Part shown: positions 39,437-49,134 of the stretch, one piece after another
Position numbering within the stretch: position 1 is the first letter of the stretch
Layout of the letters: the number at the start of each line of letters is the position of its first letter
DNA from: Candidatus Microgenomatus sp.
GTDB lineage: Bacteria; Patescibacteriota; Microgenomatia; UBA1400; PJMF01
Direction: 5' to 3'
Length of the DNA: 51,108 nt
NCBI GenBank assembly: GCA_020724725.1
Contig: DYGL01000003.1
Location: 1-51,108, forward strand
Program-made: the position numbers and the translations under genes
Notes under the pieces: generated by a model
The model's database searches: none
Told to the model about the DNA's origin: nothing
Seen by the model: the letters and a program-made list of their open reading frames with translations, nothing else

Positions 39437-41084
39437 ATTTACCATTAGTTTGAAAGTCTCTAAAAATCAATTGCAGTTTGTCAACTCCACGATATGAATT
39501 AATATCTAAAGAAACTGCAAGATCAAACTCTGTTGCAATGGATAATTTATCAACTAAATCAGCTCTGTGCCAAGCTAAAACCTCATATTCTCCATCATGA
39601 TTTGGAAAATTAATTATCAGCTTAAGATGCTCTTGTTCTCTACCCATTAACTTATAATTTTTCAACAAAACTTTTTGCAAAACAAAAATCGGCTTTGGGT
39701 TGGCCAAACCAAATGGAGAAAATTCTTCAATCAATTCCATAGTTTCTAAGTTGAGGAGATTGAAAGGTAAGACAGCGTCAACCTGAAGAGTTTTCTCTAA
39801 ATTCTTATCTGCCAATAGTTCTTTGGCTTTTTTTTGCATGGCTTTTTTTAAAGTAGCAATTTTTTCGCTACGCAAAGCAAAACCAGCTGCCAATGGATGT
39901 CCACCAACTTCTAGCAAATCTTTTCTAAAGAGACGAATAAATTCAGTAATATTAAAACCATCTAGAGAGCGAGCTGAAGCTTTAGAAATCTCTTCACCAA
40001 CACTAATTACGATACTTGGTTTGGCAAATTTTTCCGTCATTTTGCCAGCAATCAAACCAATAATCCCTTCGTGATATTCGAAAGAATCTAAGAAGATAAT
40101 TTTTTCTTCGGTTTCTTTAATAACTATTTCTTCAGCCTGCTTGGTTAAAGAGATAGTTAAATTTTGCCTATCTTCATTAGTATTCTTGAGTAAGTTGCTT
40201 AATTGAATTGCTTTATTTTCATCTTTAGTGCAAAGTAAGCGCAGAGCGTCCATGCCATCAGCCAAACGTCCCATGGCATTAATACGTGGCCCAATTTGAA
40301 AACCAAGTGTGTAGGTATCAATTTTGCTTGGATCTATTTTGGCTAAAGAAAAAAGATGTTTTAAGCCAAGATTTACATTAGTTCTTAAAACAGCCAATCC
40401 ATACATTAATAAAAAACGATTGATTGATAAGAGAGGCATTAGATCAGTGACTGTCGCAATTGCTACCAAAGCCAATAGCCTTGTTAAAAGCTCTCGGTCA
40501 CCATCATCAGACAATTCCTTAGCCAAAAACCAAGCTACCGCACAACCACAAACTTGACTGGTGTGAAAAACCGCCAGAGCATTTAATTTCTGCTCATCCT
40601 TTTGATGATGATCGCTGATGATCACATCAATTTTTTTATCTTGAAGAAATCCTAAAGCCTCGTGAGCTACAATACCATTGTCCACGGTAATAATAAGGCC
40701 GGTATCTGAATGGTCAATTAATAAATCATTTAAAGCTTTAACTGAAAGTCCATAACCATGCTTTAGACGATGAGGTATAAATGGAAAAACATTGTAGCCT
40801 TTGGCATGCAAGAATTGCCACAAAACAGCTGTGGCTGTAATTCCATCAGCATCATAATCACCAAAAACAATAATTTTCTCATTTTTTTCTTTGGCTATAG
40901 CCAAACGATCTTGAATTTTTTGTAATTCTTGAGCTTTAATACCCAAATCATTTAAAGAAATTTTGAAGGGTGAAAAGCCACGAAAAAAATCTTGAGCATC
41001 TTCAATGTTTCGATTTTTGAGAAGAATTTCTTTTAACTCTTCAAGATTTCCTGGAATATAAGTAGATTGGATGTGCCATTTCAT
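39435..41084 (-). CDS. recJ: Single-stranded DNA exonuclease RecJ
   Basis: GDYDADG, GYGL, TVDNG, SDHH, PRINAMGRL, SARS, GGHPLAAG, PFG.ANP.P motifs. Confidence 0.95.
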   Translation of the reverse strand: MKWHIQSTYIPGNLEELKEILLKNRNIEDAQDFFRGFSPFKISLNDLGIKAQELQKIQDRLAIAKEKNEKIIVFGDYDADGITATAVLWQFLHAKGYNVFPFIPHRLKHGYGLSVKALNDLLIDHSDTGLIITVDNGIVAHEALGFLQDKKIDVIISDHHQKDEQKLNALAVFHTSQVCGCAVAWFLAKELSDDGDRELLTRLLALVAIATVTDLMPLLSINRFLLMYGLAVLRTNVNLGLKHLFSLAKIDPSKIDTYTLGFQIGPRINAMGRLADGMDALRLLCTKDENKAIQLSNLLKNTNEDRQNLTISLTKQAEEIVIKETEEKIIFLDSFEYHEGIIGLIAGKMTEKFAKPSIVISVGEEISKASARSLDGFNITEFIRLFRKDLLEVGGHPLAAGFALRSEKIATLKKAMQKKAKELLADKNLEKTLQVDAVLPFNLLNLETMELIEEFSPFGLANPKPIFVLQKVLLKNYKLMGREQEHLKLIINFPNHDGEYEVLAWHRADLVDKLSIATEFDLAVSLDINSYRGVDKLQLIFRDFQTNGK

Positions 41085-41108
41085 GATTTATAGCCTTATA
41101 ATAAAACT

Positions 41109-42695
41109 ATGACTCTCAATTTACCATTTGAAGTACTATATCTCATCTACCAATTTAAACAACATAAATTTGAAGCTTATCTAGTTGGTGGCGCAGTGAG
41201 AGATTTAACCATGAATTTCGCTCCAGAACTAATTAAAGATTTTGATCTAACCACTGATGCCTCTCCATCAGAAATTCAGAAAATCTTTCCGCAGAGTTTC
41301 TATGAAAATAAATTTGGGACAGTTAGTTTTACTCATGAAAATTTACTAGAAGAACTAGCCAAAAATTACCAACTGCCAAGTAAAAATTTGGCCAACCTAT
41401 TAGCAAAAGAGGAAATAAAAAACAATCGTATTATTGACCTCAAAAAAGCCAAAAAGGTTCATTTTTCACTCAAAGATCAACTCAACTCACAAGATAAAGA
41501 TTCTCTAGAAAAAGACAATCAAGTGCCACCTTTTGAAATGACCACCTTCCGCAGTGATGGTGAATATTTAGACCACCGCAGACCAGACGAGGTTGTTTTT
41601 GGCACAAACTTAGAAGAAGATTTGAAAAGAAGAGATTTTACCATCAATGCTCTGGCCATCACTGTTGAAGAGCAATACTTGCAAGAAATTTTTTCCAAAA
41701 AAAAACTAGAAAAATCCTACACAATTGAGAAAGAAAATTTTAAACTAATTGACCTTCACCATGGTCAAGAAGATTTGGATAAAAGAATCATCCGCACTGT
41801 TGGTCAAGCCGATCAAAGATTCGCTGAAGATGCTTTGCGCATGTTAAGGGCAATACGCTTAGCGGTGCAATTAAACATGGATATTGAAACTGACACTTAT
41901 TACGCCATTAAATATCATAAAGATCTGCTCAAATTTGTTAGCTTTGAAAGAATTAGAGATGAATTCATGAAAATTTTGGCTAGCGACCAACCAGCCAAAG
42001 GAATTGAATTACTTGATGAAACAGGACTCTTGGTTCATATCATTCCAGAACTTTACCGAGGTGTGGATATGCAACAAAGAGGCCATCACACCACTGATGT
42101 TTGGACTCATAGTCTTGATGCTTTGCGCTACTGTCCATCTCATGACCCAATTGTTCGCTTGGCTACTTTATTGCATGACATCGGCAAGCCAGTTACCTAC
42201 AAAGAAGAAAATGGTGAAATTACTTTCTACAGCCATGATGTCCTAGGTTCTCGTATTGCCAGTAAGATTGCTAACAGGCTCAAACTGAGTAAAAAAGAAA
42301 TTCAAAGAATTTTTATTCTCGTTCGATATCATATGTTTCACTATCAAGAACACCATAGTGACGCCTCGATTCGTCGTTTTATTAGACGAGTTGGCTTTGA
42401 AAACATTGATGATATTCTTGATTTGCGAGAAGGTGATCGTCTCGGTAGTGGGGCCAAAAAAACTAGCTGGCGCTTAGAAGAAATGAAGCAAAGAATCATT
42501 GAACAACTCAATCAACCAATGGGTTTGGATGATTTAGTAGTTAATGGTCATGATTTGATGCGAGAGCTTTCAATCAAGCCTAGTCCAATTTTGGGCGAAA
42601 TCTTGGACAAACTTTTAGAAAAAGTTTTAGAAAATCCACAACTAAACGAAAAAGATAAACTAATACAAGAAGCAAAAAAGATTCTAGAAAATTAA
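41109..42695 (+). CDS. cca: Class II tRNA nucleotidyltransferase (CCA-adding) with HD domain
   Basis: YLVGGAVRD, DFD, RRDFTINA, RFAEDALRMLR, ERIRDE, LLHDIGK motifs. Confidence 0.88.
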   Translation: MTLNLPFEVLYLIYQFKQHKFEAYLVGGAVRDLTMNFAPELIKDFDLTTDASPSEIQKIFPQSFYENKFGTVSFTHENLLEELAKNYQLPSKNLANLLAKEEIKNNRIIDLKKAKKVHFSLKDQLNSQDKDSLEKDNQVPPFEMTTFRSDGEYLDHRRPDEVVFGTNLEEDLKRRDFTINALAITVEEQYLQEIFSKKKLEKSYTIEKENFKLIDLHHGQEDLDKRIIRTVGQADQRFAEDALRMLRAIRLAVQLNMDIETDTYYAIKYHKDLLKFVSFERIRDEFMKILASDQPAKGIELLDETGLLVHIIPELYRGVDMQQRGHHTTDVWTHSLDALRYCPSHDPIVRLATLLHDIGKPVTYKEENGEITFYSHDVLGSRIASKIANRLKLSKKEIQRIFILVRYHMFHYQEHHSDASIRRFIRRVGFENIDDILDLREGDRLGSGAKKTSWRLEEMKQRIIEQLNQPMGLDDLVVNGHDLMRELSIKPSPILGEILDKLLEKVLENPQLNEKDKLIQEAKKILEN

Positions 42696-43576
42696 TTCTT
42701 TTTATTCTTTTTCCAATTATCAAAGACCAAAAGTAAAGGTACAGCAGTAAAAGTACTCGAGTAAGTGCCAGTAATTGCGCCAATTAAAAGAGCAATTACA
42801 AACCAATGAATGGTGCTGCCCCCCAAAATTGCTAAGGTTAAAAGCATAATGATGATGGTTAGAGAGTTGTTGATTGAACGACCAAGTGTTTCCAAGACTG
42901 CAGCATTAGCAATTTGTTCGAAAGGATAACGAGGGTTTTTGCGTTTTAACTCACGAATACGATCGTAAACCACAATGGTGTCATGAACAGAAAAGGATAA
43001 AGTCGTTAATAAAGCAGTTACAAATAAAACGTCCACCTCCACCTGCATAAAATGTCCCAATAAACTAAAAGCGCCAATTAAGATTAGTGAATCGTGTAAC
43101 ATTGCCAAAACAGCACAAAGACCGTATTTGAGCTCATCGAAAGCCCTCCAAATATGAAAAGTAATGATAGAAGCCACAATAATAATTGCAATCAATGTTT
43201 TGCGAAGCAATTCTGCTCCCAAAACTGGCCCAACGGTTTCAAAACGCAAAACTTCAATTTGTCCATAAGTTTGGCTAAGCTTGGAAACCAACTGATCTTT
43301 GTTTTGGTTATCAATTTCTTTGCCTTTAATTAGAATTCTTTGCTCGCCAGCACTTTGTATTACTTCTGGCTCATATAAACCGTCCAAGCTCTCTTTCAAT
43401 TTCTCTTGTGAATAATTGGCAAATTTTTCTGTATCTTGAAAATGTAATTCCATCAAAGAGCCACCAGTAAAATCTATGGCTGGCTTAAGACCAAAAAGAA
43501 ACAAAGAAAATATTCCTGGTAATAAAAATGATAAAGAAATCAAAAAGTAAAATTTTTTAAATTTCATTAGATTCAT
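42692..43576 (-). CDS. secF: Protein translocase subunit SecF
   Basis: IDFTGGS, ETVGPVLG.EL, HD, SVHDTIVVYDRIRE, GTYSS motifs. Confidence 0.95.
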   Translation of the reverse strand: MNLMKFKKFYFLISLSFLLPGIFSLFLFGLKPAIDFTGGSLMELHFQDTEKFANYSQEKLKESLDGLYEPEVIQSAGEQRILIKGKEIDNQNKDQLVSKLSQTYGQIEVLRFETVGPVLGAELLRKTLIAIIIVASIITFHIWRAFDELKYGLCAVLAMLHDSLILIGAFSLLGHFMQVEVDVLFVTALLTTLSFSVHDTIVVYDRIRELKRKNPRYPFEQIANAAVLETLGRSINNSLTIIIMLLTLAILGGSTIHWFVIALLIGAITGTYSSTFTAVPLLLVFDNWKKNKKN

Positions 43577-44934
43577 GATTTATTCCTCTTTTCTCGATTA
43601 AAAATTGGCAAAAAAGCTCTAAGTAGTAAACGGCTAACCACAACTCCCGTAAAAAGACTCATTAAAGTACCAATCAAAAAAGTTAGACCAAAACCTTTAA
43701 CTAAACCGCTAGTATTTAAGAAAGAAAAATTAAGTGGATTAATTAAAACCAAGGCAGTCATAATTGAAGCCAAGTTGGCGTCTTTAATACTGTCCCAAGC
43801 CCGACCAAAACCCAATTCCATAGCTCTAGCGTAAGGCTGACCGCTTCTTACTTCTTCCTTCATTCTTTCAAAAATCAAAATATTAGCATCAACAGCCATA
43901 CCAATAGTCAAAATTAATCCGGCAATTCCAGGCAAAGTAAGTACTACTCCCAAAACTTTATAAATGGCAATGGTTAAAGTAGCATAAATCAGAAGAGAAA
44001 TGCTGGCAACAAAACCCAACCAACCATAGTAAACAATCATAAAAAGTAACACCAAGCCTAAACCAAGCAAGCCAGCCAAAACACTTTTACCAACAGACTC
44101 ATCACCCAAACTAGCTCCGATCGTTCTTTGTTCCAAAACTTTGATATTAACCGGCAAGGCTCCTGCATTAAGCTGAATCGCTAAATTTTTGGCTTCCTTG
44201 GTATCAAAATCTCCACTGATTACAGCTCGGCCATCAAGAATTGGGGTAGAAATAACTGGACTCATAATTGGCATTCCATCAACAAAAATTGCTAAGACCT
44301 CATTAACGTTTTCTTTGGTTACCTTGGCAAATAAGTCTCTGCCCTCCTCATTCATTTCCAAAGAAATCACTGGCTTGCCAGTTTGCGGGTCAATTTGGGC
44401 CAAGGAGCGCTTGAGTTGTTTACCAGTTAAACCAGTTTCTGCAAAAGAATCAAGCCAAATTTGGGGAGAAATAGTTGCTTCATTAAATTCTTCTTCAGTA
44501 AGTTGTCGTTGTAATTTAAATTCTAGCTGAGCTGTTTGTCCAACTAAATTTAAAGCCTCCTGTGGATCTGAAATGCCTGGTAATTCAATAATCAAGCGAT
44601 AGCTATCATCTTTTTTAGAAGTTTGAATTGAAGATTCGCTAATACCATAGAGGTCAACTCTTCTGGCAATAATTTCTCTAGCTGATTCTAGGGCTACTTC
44701 TCTATCTTCTACAGTAATCTCACCCATTTCTGCTTCCAAAGTAACTTGCATGCCACCCTGCAAATCTAAACCTTTGCGCAATTGATAGTCTTTTTGAATG
44801 TGTTTACCAAAAAAATAAAAATCTAATTTTGGCTTTTGAAAATTGCCAATTTGATCTGGCAAAGCAATAAATGCTGCCACAAAAGTCAAGAAAAAAATTA
44901 AAAATAGAGACTTAGTTAAAGACTTTTTTTTCAT
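43573..44934 (-). CDS. secD: Protein translocase subunit SecD
   Basis: GLDLQGG, IELPG, LNAGALP, TLPGIAG, GMAVDANILIFER, KGFG motifs. Confidence 0.96.
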   Translation of the reverse strand: MKKKSLTKSLFLIFFLTFVAAFIALPDQIGNFQKPKLDFYFFGKHIQKDYQLRKGLDLQGGMQVTLEAEMGEITVEDREVALESAREIIARRVDLYGISESSIQTSKKDDSYRLIIELPGISDPQEALNLVGQTAQLEFKLQRQLTEEEFNEATISPQIWLDSFAETGLTGKQLKRSLAQIDPQTGKPVISLEMNEEGRDLFAKVTKENVNEVLAIFVDGMPIMSPVISTPILDGRAVISGDFDTKEAKNLAIQLNAGALPVNIKVLEQRTIGASLGDESVGKSVLAGLLGLGLVLLFMIVYYGWLGFVASISLLIYATLTIAIYKVLGVVLTLPGIAGLILTIGMAVDANILIFERMKEEVRSGQPYARAMELGFGRAWDSIKDANLASIMTALVLINPLNFSFLNTSGLVKGFGLTFLIGTLMSLFTGVVVSRLLLRAFLPIFNREKRNKS

Positions 44935-44943
44935 AAATTTAAA

Positions 44944-45543
44944 TTAGATAGTGGGCAACTCTCTATGGCAAAATTCTATTTCATCGCCAATAACCATTAC
45001 TCTAACCCCATACATCACTTCCATGATAAATGGGTCGCGACGAGCTTTACGAAACTCAAATTCCTCAGTTTCTAAAACAGCATAGTTAATTTCTCGCCCA
45101 AAATCTTTTTCTTCAGCCTTAATTAAGGCTTCAATTTCTGGCAACACCACTTCACCTACAATTAAAATATCTAATTGATCTCGATCTAATTTTGCTTGAT
45201 TGATGAAAGCTCCGGTAAACACAACATAGTCGACATTACCTAATTTTCTTCTTAGCTTCCTAATTTTCTTACCAATGCCAGAAGTTTTAATCACAATGCG
45301 CTGTAATTCTTGAAAAAAGAGATATTTCTTGTTGAGAGTGTAGTAAAGACGATTGGACCTTTGTTCACTTTTAAGCAAACCTGCCTCCAACATTCTGTCC
45401 AGTTCTCGACGCACGGCATTAATTTCTTCTTTAACTAAGCGTGTAATTTCACGAACATAAAACATCTCGTTTGGTTTTTCAAAAAAGAGAGTCAACATTT
45501 TGACTCTGACTTTGGAAACCAATAAATCATTTAAATCTGCCAT
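44944..45543 (-). CDS. Winged-helix protein with a degenerate C-terminal nucleotidyltransferase-like domain
   Basis: SKVRVKML..FYVREITR...INAVRREL..GLL..YY (wHTH); VFTGAF...QLDILIVG, GREINY. Start ATG 45543. Confidence 0.72.
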   Translation of the reverse strand: MADLNDLLVSKVRVKMLTLFFEKPNEMFYVREITRLVKEEINAVRRELDRMLEAGLLKSEQRSNRLYYTLNKKYLFFQELQRIVIKTSGIGKKIRKLRRKLGNVDYVVFTGAFINQAKLDRDQLDILIVGEVVLPEIEALIKAEEKDFGREINYAVLETEEFEFRKARRDPFIMEVMYGVRVMVIGDEIEFCHRELPTI

Positions 45544-45626
45544 GTTAAATCTTTCTTGAAAATCTGCAATTGAATGCAATTTTTACTCAATTTCAATCTT
45601 AACAAAAAATAATAGAAAAGCAAAAC

Positions 45627-46262
45627 TTAATTAGCTCTTTTGGCAAAAATCAAAAGTCTTTCTTTGGTTGTTCCAGGAGGCCAACAGGTTTGCAGAACTA
45701 TGTTTTCTCCCTCATAAGACTGATAAAGAAAGCTTGTGTCTGTGGGTTGACTAATTTTCTTTTCGGTGACCAAGTAGCGATATCTTTTTCTTTCATGCCA
45801 AATGTAAATCTCATCGCCAGTTTCTAATTTGTTGAGCAAATAAAAAACAGCATTGTATTGGACTTGAAAACCTGGACTAGAAGAGTGAGCAAAGTAATAT
45901 CCTAGGCCTTTTTCATCCGGGTAATTGGTGCTTGAGGCATGAGCAATGCCTTGCTTTAGGGCTGCTTTATACTGCTCTTCATCATTTGGATCAACATTAA
46001 AGACCACTCTTTCGTCTAGACCTAGGCTAGGAATGACTATGCCATAATCTTTATTTTTAGAAGCATTGCCAACAATAGTCATTCCTGAAAAATCAGGAAA
46101 AAATAAGGCTTGAGGATTCTCAATCCCTCTATTTTGAAAAAATGATTTGAATTGATATTTAAATTCTATCCAAAGCACCGGCAAAAAAACCAAAATTAAC
46201 CAAAACAAAAAGGTTAAAAAGGCCAAGAGAATTAGAACAGGGAAAATTTGACGAATTTTCAA
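45627..46262 (-). CDS. Sortase
   Basis: N-terminal TM; IVIPSLGL, FAHSS (His), LQTCWPPG (Cys), ERLLI (Arg); TTG start. Confidence 0.9.
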   Translation of the reverse strand: MKIRQIFPVLILLAFLTFLFWLILVFLPVLWIEFKYQFKSFFQNRGIENPQALFFPDFSGMTIVGNASKNKDYGIVIPSLGLDERVVFNVDPNDEEQYKAALKQGIAHASSTNYPDEKGLGYYFAHSSSPGFQVQYNAVFYLLNKLETGDEIYIWHERKRYRYLVTEKKISQPTDTSFLYQSYEGENIVLQTCWPPGTTKERLLIFAKRAN

Positions 46263-46266
46263 TAGC

Positions 46267-47655
46267 TTATTTCCTTTTTTTCAACGAACGCTTATTAAGA
46301 TTATGATTCATCTTTTTGGTTCCTTGAATAAAGGGGTAACTGAAAGCTAAAGCACCACTAGTCAAACCTAGAATTGAGAACCAAGTTGGAGTGCCAGTTG
46401 AAGGCTGCTTAGTAATTGGTTTGGTGCTAACATAAACAGTTTGTTCACAAGCACTACTTCTCCTCCATTCACCAGTTGAGTCTTGCACAGAAGCTTTAAC
46501 CTTATAGGTGCCCGGACTAGCATATTGATGCTCAAATTCTTCTTGATTGGCTTCAACCTGATTACCATCGCCGTAATCAATTTTGTAGTTTTTAAGATCA
46601 CCTTTATTGTCATAGCCGGCAACTTTAAAATTCACTAGAGCTGGAGCTTGGTTGTTTTGACCTGAAACAATCTGCAAATAAGAACAAGCACTACGATGAC
46701 TTTCAATTTTAACAGGGCTAACTCTAGCTACCACCTGACATTGACGATCTTTGAGCCAGTTACCTTGACTATCTTTAACCTCAACTGCAGCACTAAATCT
46801 ACCAGAACTTTCGTAGGTATGATCAACCTTGCTATGACTGGTTTCCAAATCAGTCCCATCACCAAAAAGAAAACGATAGGCTTTGATTTCTCCTAAGTTG
46901 TCGCTTGCTTTAGCTTCAAAAGTAATTTTTGCAGGCACTTGATCGTTATTACCACTTAGAATCAACAAATCATCACAGGAGCTGACATGAGGGATACGTT
47001 CATCAACTACCAAAAAGAAAGCTCCGTCATTAAAATCCATATCTTCAATTAAAACATCATGACAATCTTTATCTGAGCCATTGCAACTAAGGCTGACGTT
47101 TGGCTTGCTATAACTTTCTTTTAAAAATTTTTCATAAGCATAACCATCTCCCCAGCATTGAGCAGATAAAAGTTTATTGCCGTCACTGCTGATTTTGCTA
47201 TATAAATCGCTCACATCAGCTGAACCAGCACCAGAAAAACCATTGCAGATGTTGTTTTTAGGACTTATCCAACCAGAGTAAGGCGTGTCTTTCATGTCTG
47301 CTAAAAAAGAAATTTTATCTCCAGAAGAAACTCTAACACCCGTGCGCCAAACATCATTTCCAGTTACAGTTTGACTGTAACTGCGATCATTAACTCTGAG
47401 CTTGAGAGTAGTTTTGATTCCTGTTTTATAATAGATCAAAACTTCTCCAGAAGCCACACTGGAAAAAGTATAATCAAGCTTACCAGAATCATTTCTGCCA
47501 CAATGCTCAATGGAAACATCTTGACCTGAAAAGTTAAATTTGTAGAACCAAGGCTGATCGCAATGAGCATCTGCTCCTAAAGTTGAAGTTGAAGCCAAAA
47601 CTCCAGAATTACTTAAAATAAGTAAAACCAAAGTTGTGACCAGAGTTTTTATCAT
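46267..47655 (-). CDS. Secreted surface protein with two PKD domains and an LPXTG-like (QPSTG) sorting signal
   Basis: Signal peptide; two repeats with (F/Y)GDG..H.Y...G.(F/Y); C-terminal QPSTG, hydrophobic helix and KRSLKKRK tail. Confidence 0.85.
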   Translation of the reverse strand: MIKTLVTTLVLLILSNSGVLASTSTLGADAHCDQPWFYKFNFSGQDVSIEHCGRNDSGKLDYTFSSVASGEVLIYYKTGIKTTLKLRVNDRSYSQTVTGNDVWRTGVRVSSGDKISFLADMKDTPYSGWISPKNNICNGFSGAGSADVSDLYSKISSDGNKLLSAQCWGDGYAYEKFLKESYSKPNVSLSCNGSDKDCHDVLIEDMDFNDGAFFLVVDERIPHVSSCDDLLILSGNNDQVPAKITFEAKASDNLGEIKAYRFLFGDGTDLETSHSKVDHTYESSGRFSAAVEVKDSQGNWLKDRQCQVVARVSPVKIESHRSACSYLQIVSGQNNQAPALVNFKVAGYDNKGDLKNYKIDYGDGNQVEANQEEFEHQYASPGTYKVKASVQDSTGEWRRSSACEQTVYVSTKPITKQPSTGTPTWFSILGLTSGALAFSYPFIQGTKKMNHNLNKRSLKKRK

Positions 47656-47657
47656 AA

Positions 47658-48854
47658 TCAATAGCTAACATCCGAATCGGTAGCCAAGACTGAAATCCAA
47701 ATTTGCCCCCTAGCTAACTCGATAGCGTTACCTCTAACGTCGACAAATTCCAACTCAGCTTCACGATCTTTTTTAACCCAATTGGCTTCGATTGGAGCCT
47801 GACCGTGTTTAAAAATCAAAGCTTTACCTCTTCCAACAGTACCATACATCATATGTTTCTTTTCATTAATGGGACCTTTTTCGGTAGCAAAGAGAATTAC
47901 AACATTTTTACTAGATAGTTGCTCATCATTATTGATATCAACATGAGCCTCCCCAGCATTATTTCTCTTATAAGAATCACTGTTGCTGTCATAATTCCAC
48001 TCAACTGAATATTGGTTATAACCACTCCAAAAATCATAAGCAATTTTGGTGGTTGAACCTGCTTCTGGAATTTCTTCTTCATAGCTAAAACCCTTATAAG
48101 CGCTAGACCAAGGAGCGGCAGCGATGGTTTTTCTAGCGACCACTCTCTCTGGGGTTAGACTGGTCCAACCTCGATCAGCAGCAACCTTCCATAACGCTTC
48201 AGTGGTTGTTTCCATGGTGTGCTCGGTAGCAATCTCTTTGCCAGGAATACGATTGTAATTACGGAAGAAAGTTGGATAACCAACAGAAAACTGATTAATA
48301 TCATTCTCACCTTCCCAACCATATTCACGAATTTGGCCAAGAGCATCTGTTGGACCAGGCACATTTGCTCCACCAACATGAACATACATGGGCAAGTTAA
48401 ATCCAGAAGCCCAATCTAAATAATAAGTTCTAGCCGAACGAATTGGAGCTAGAGTTAAATCGTTGGCTTGAGCTGCACAGTAAAATAAAGCACCAAAACG
48501 AGTCACTCCACCCTCAGCTACTGCTTCAAAAACCAAATCAGCTCGACTCAAACCTGCCTGAGGACGAGAATCTGGAGTATTTTCAATCATTACAAAAAGT
48601 GGACGACGGGTATCCCAAGCATCCTTTTCGGTTTTGGTGTAGTAAACACCATTTAAAGGACAGACCTGATCTCTTGGTTCACTAGGATCAATTGTCAAAA
48701 GACTACTAAGTAAAGTCTGGGCGGGGTCTGTGGTTTGATTATTGTTTGTAGTATTGGCCACAGAGCCTTTAGAAAAGGAGGAAAAAGCCAAGAAAGATAA
48801 GCCGGAGCTCAATATATATAAAATCAAAACAACAATTAAATTCTTCTTAGGCAT
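47658..48854 (-). CDS. DUF3048/YerB-like exported protein
   Basis: N-terminal TM; CPLNG, RRPLFVMIEN, RPQAGLSRADLVFE..AEGGVTRF, PIRSAR; SD AGAAAGGA. Confidence 0.82.
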   Translation of the reverse strand: MPKKNLIVVLILYILSSGLSFLAFSSFSKGSVANTTNNNQTTDPAQTLLSSLLTIDPSEPRDQVCPLNGVYYTKTEKDAWDTRRPLFVMIENTPDSRPQAGLSRADLVFEAVAEGGVTRFGALFYCAAQANDLTLAPIRSARTYYLDWASGFNLPMYVHVGGANVPGPTDALGQIREYGWEGENDINQFSVGYPTFFRNYNRIPGKEIATEHTMETTTEALWKVAADRGWTSLTPERVVARKTIAAAPWSSAYKGFSYEEEIPEAGSTTKIAYDFWSGYNQYSVEWNYDSNSDSYKRNNAGEAHVDINNDEQLSSKNVVILFATEKGPINEKKHMMYGTVGRGKALIFKHGQAPIEANWVKKDREAELEFVDVRGNAIELARGQIWISVLATDSDVSY

Positions 48855-48881
48855 AAATCCTTTCTAAATTGCATTTAAACT

Positions 48882-49133
48882 TCAAGTATATAATAGAGCC
48901 ACAGTTAACAAAACCAGTAAAATAAAAATAAAAACCAAAAAAGTTTTTCTTAGATCCTTAATAATCAGTTGAGGATCATAAGCAAAAATTTCCTTTAGAT
49001 AGCTAACTTCTTGTTTTACCTCTTTTTCAATTGGTTTAGACACTTGCTTGATTTCTTGTTTCAAAGGAAGGACTTTTTTTTGACGACGCAATTCACTCTG
49101 CAAACGGTCTTTTTTGGTTCTTTTTTTTGCCAT
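48882..49133 (-). CDS. Hypothetical small protein with basic N-terminus and C-terminal TM anchor
   Basis: MAKKRTKK...IIKDLRKT followed by a TM; ATG 49133 lies just past the rseP stop. Confidence 0.7.
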   Translation of the reverse strand: MAKKRTKKDRLQSELRRQKKVLPLKQEIKQVSKPIEKEVKQEVSYLKEIFAYDPQLIIKDLRKTFLVFIFILLVLLTVALLYT

Positions 49134-49134
49134 A

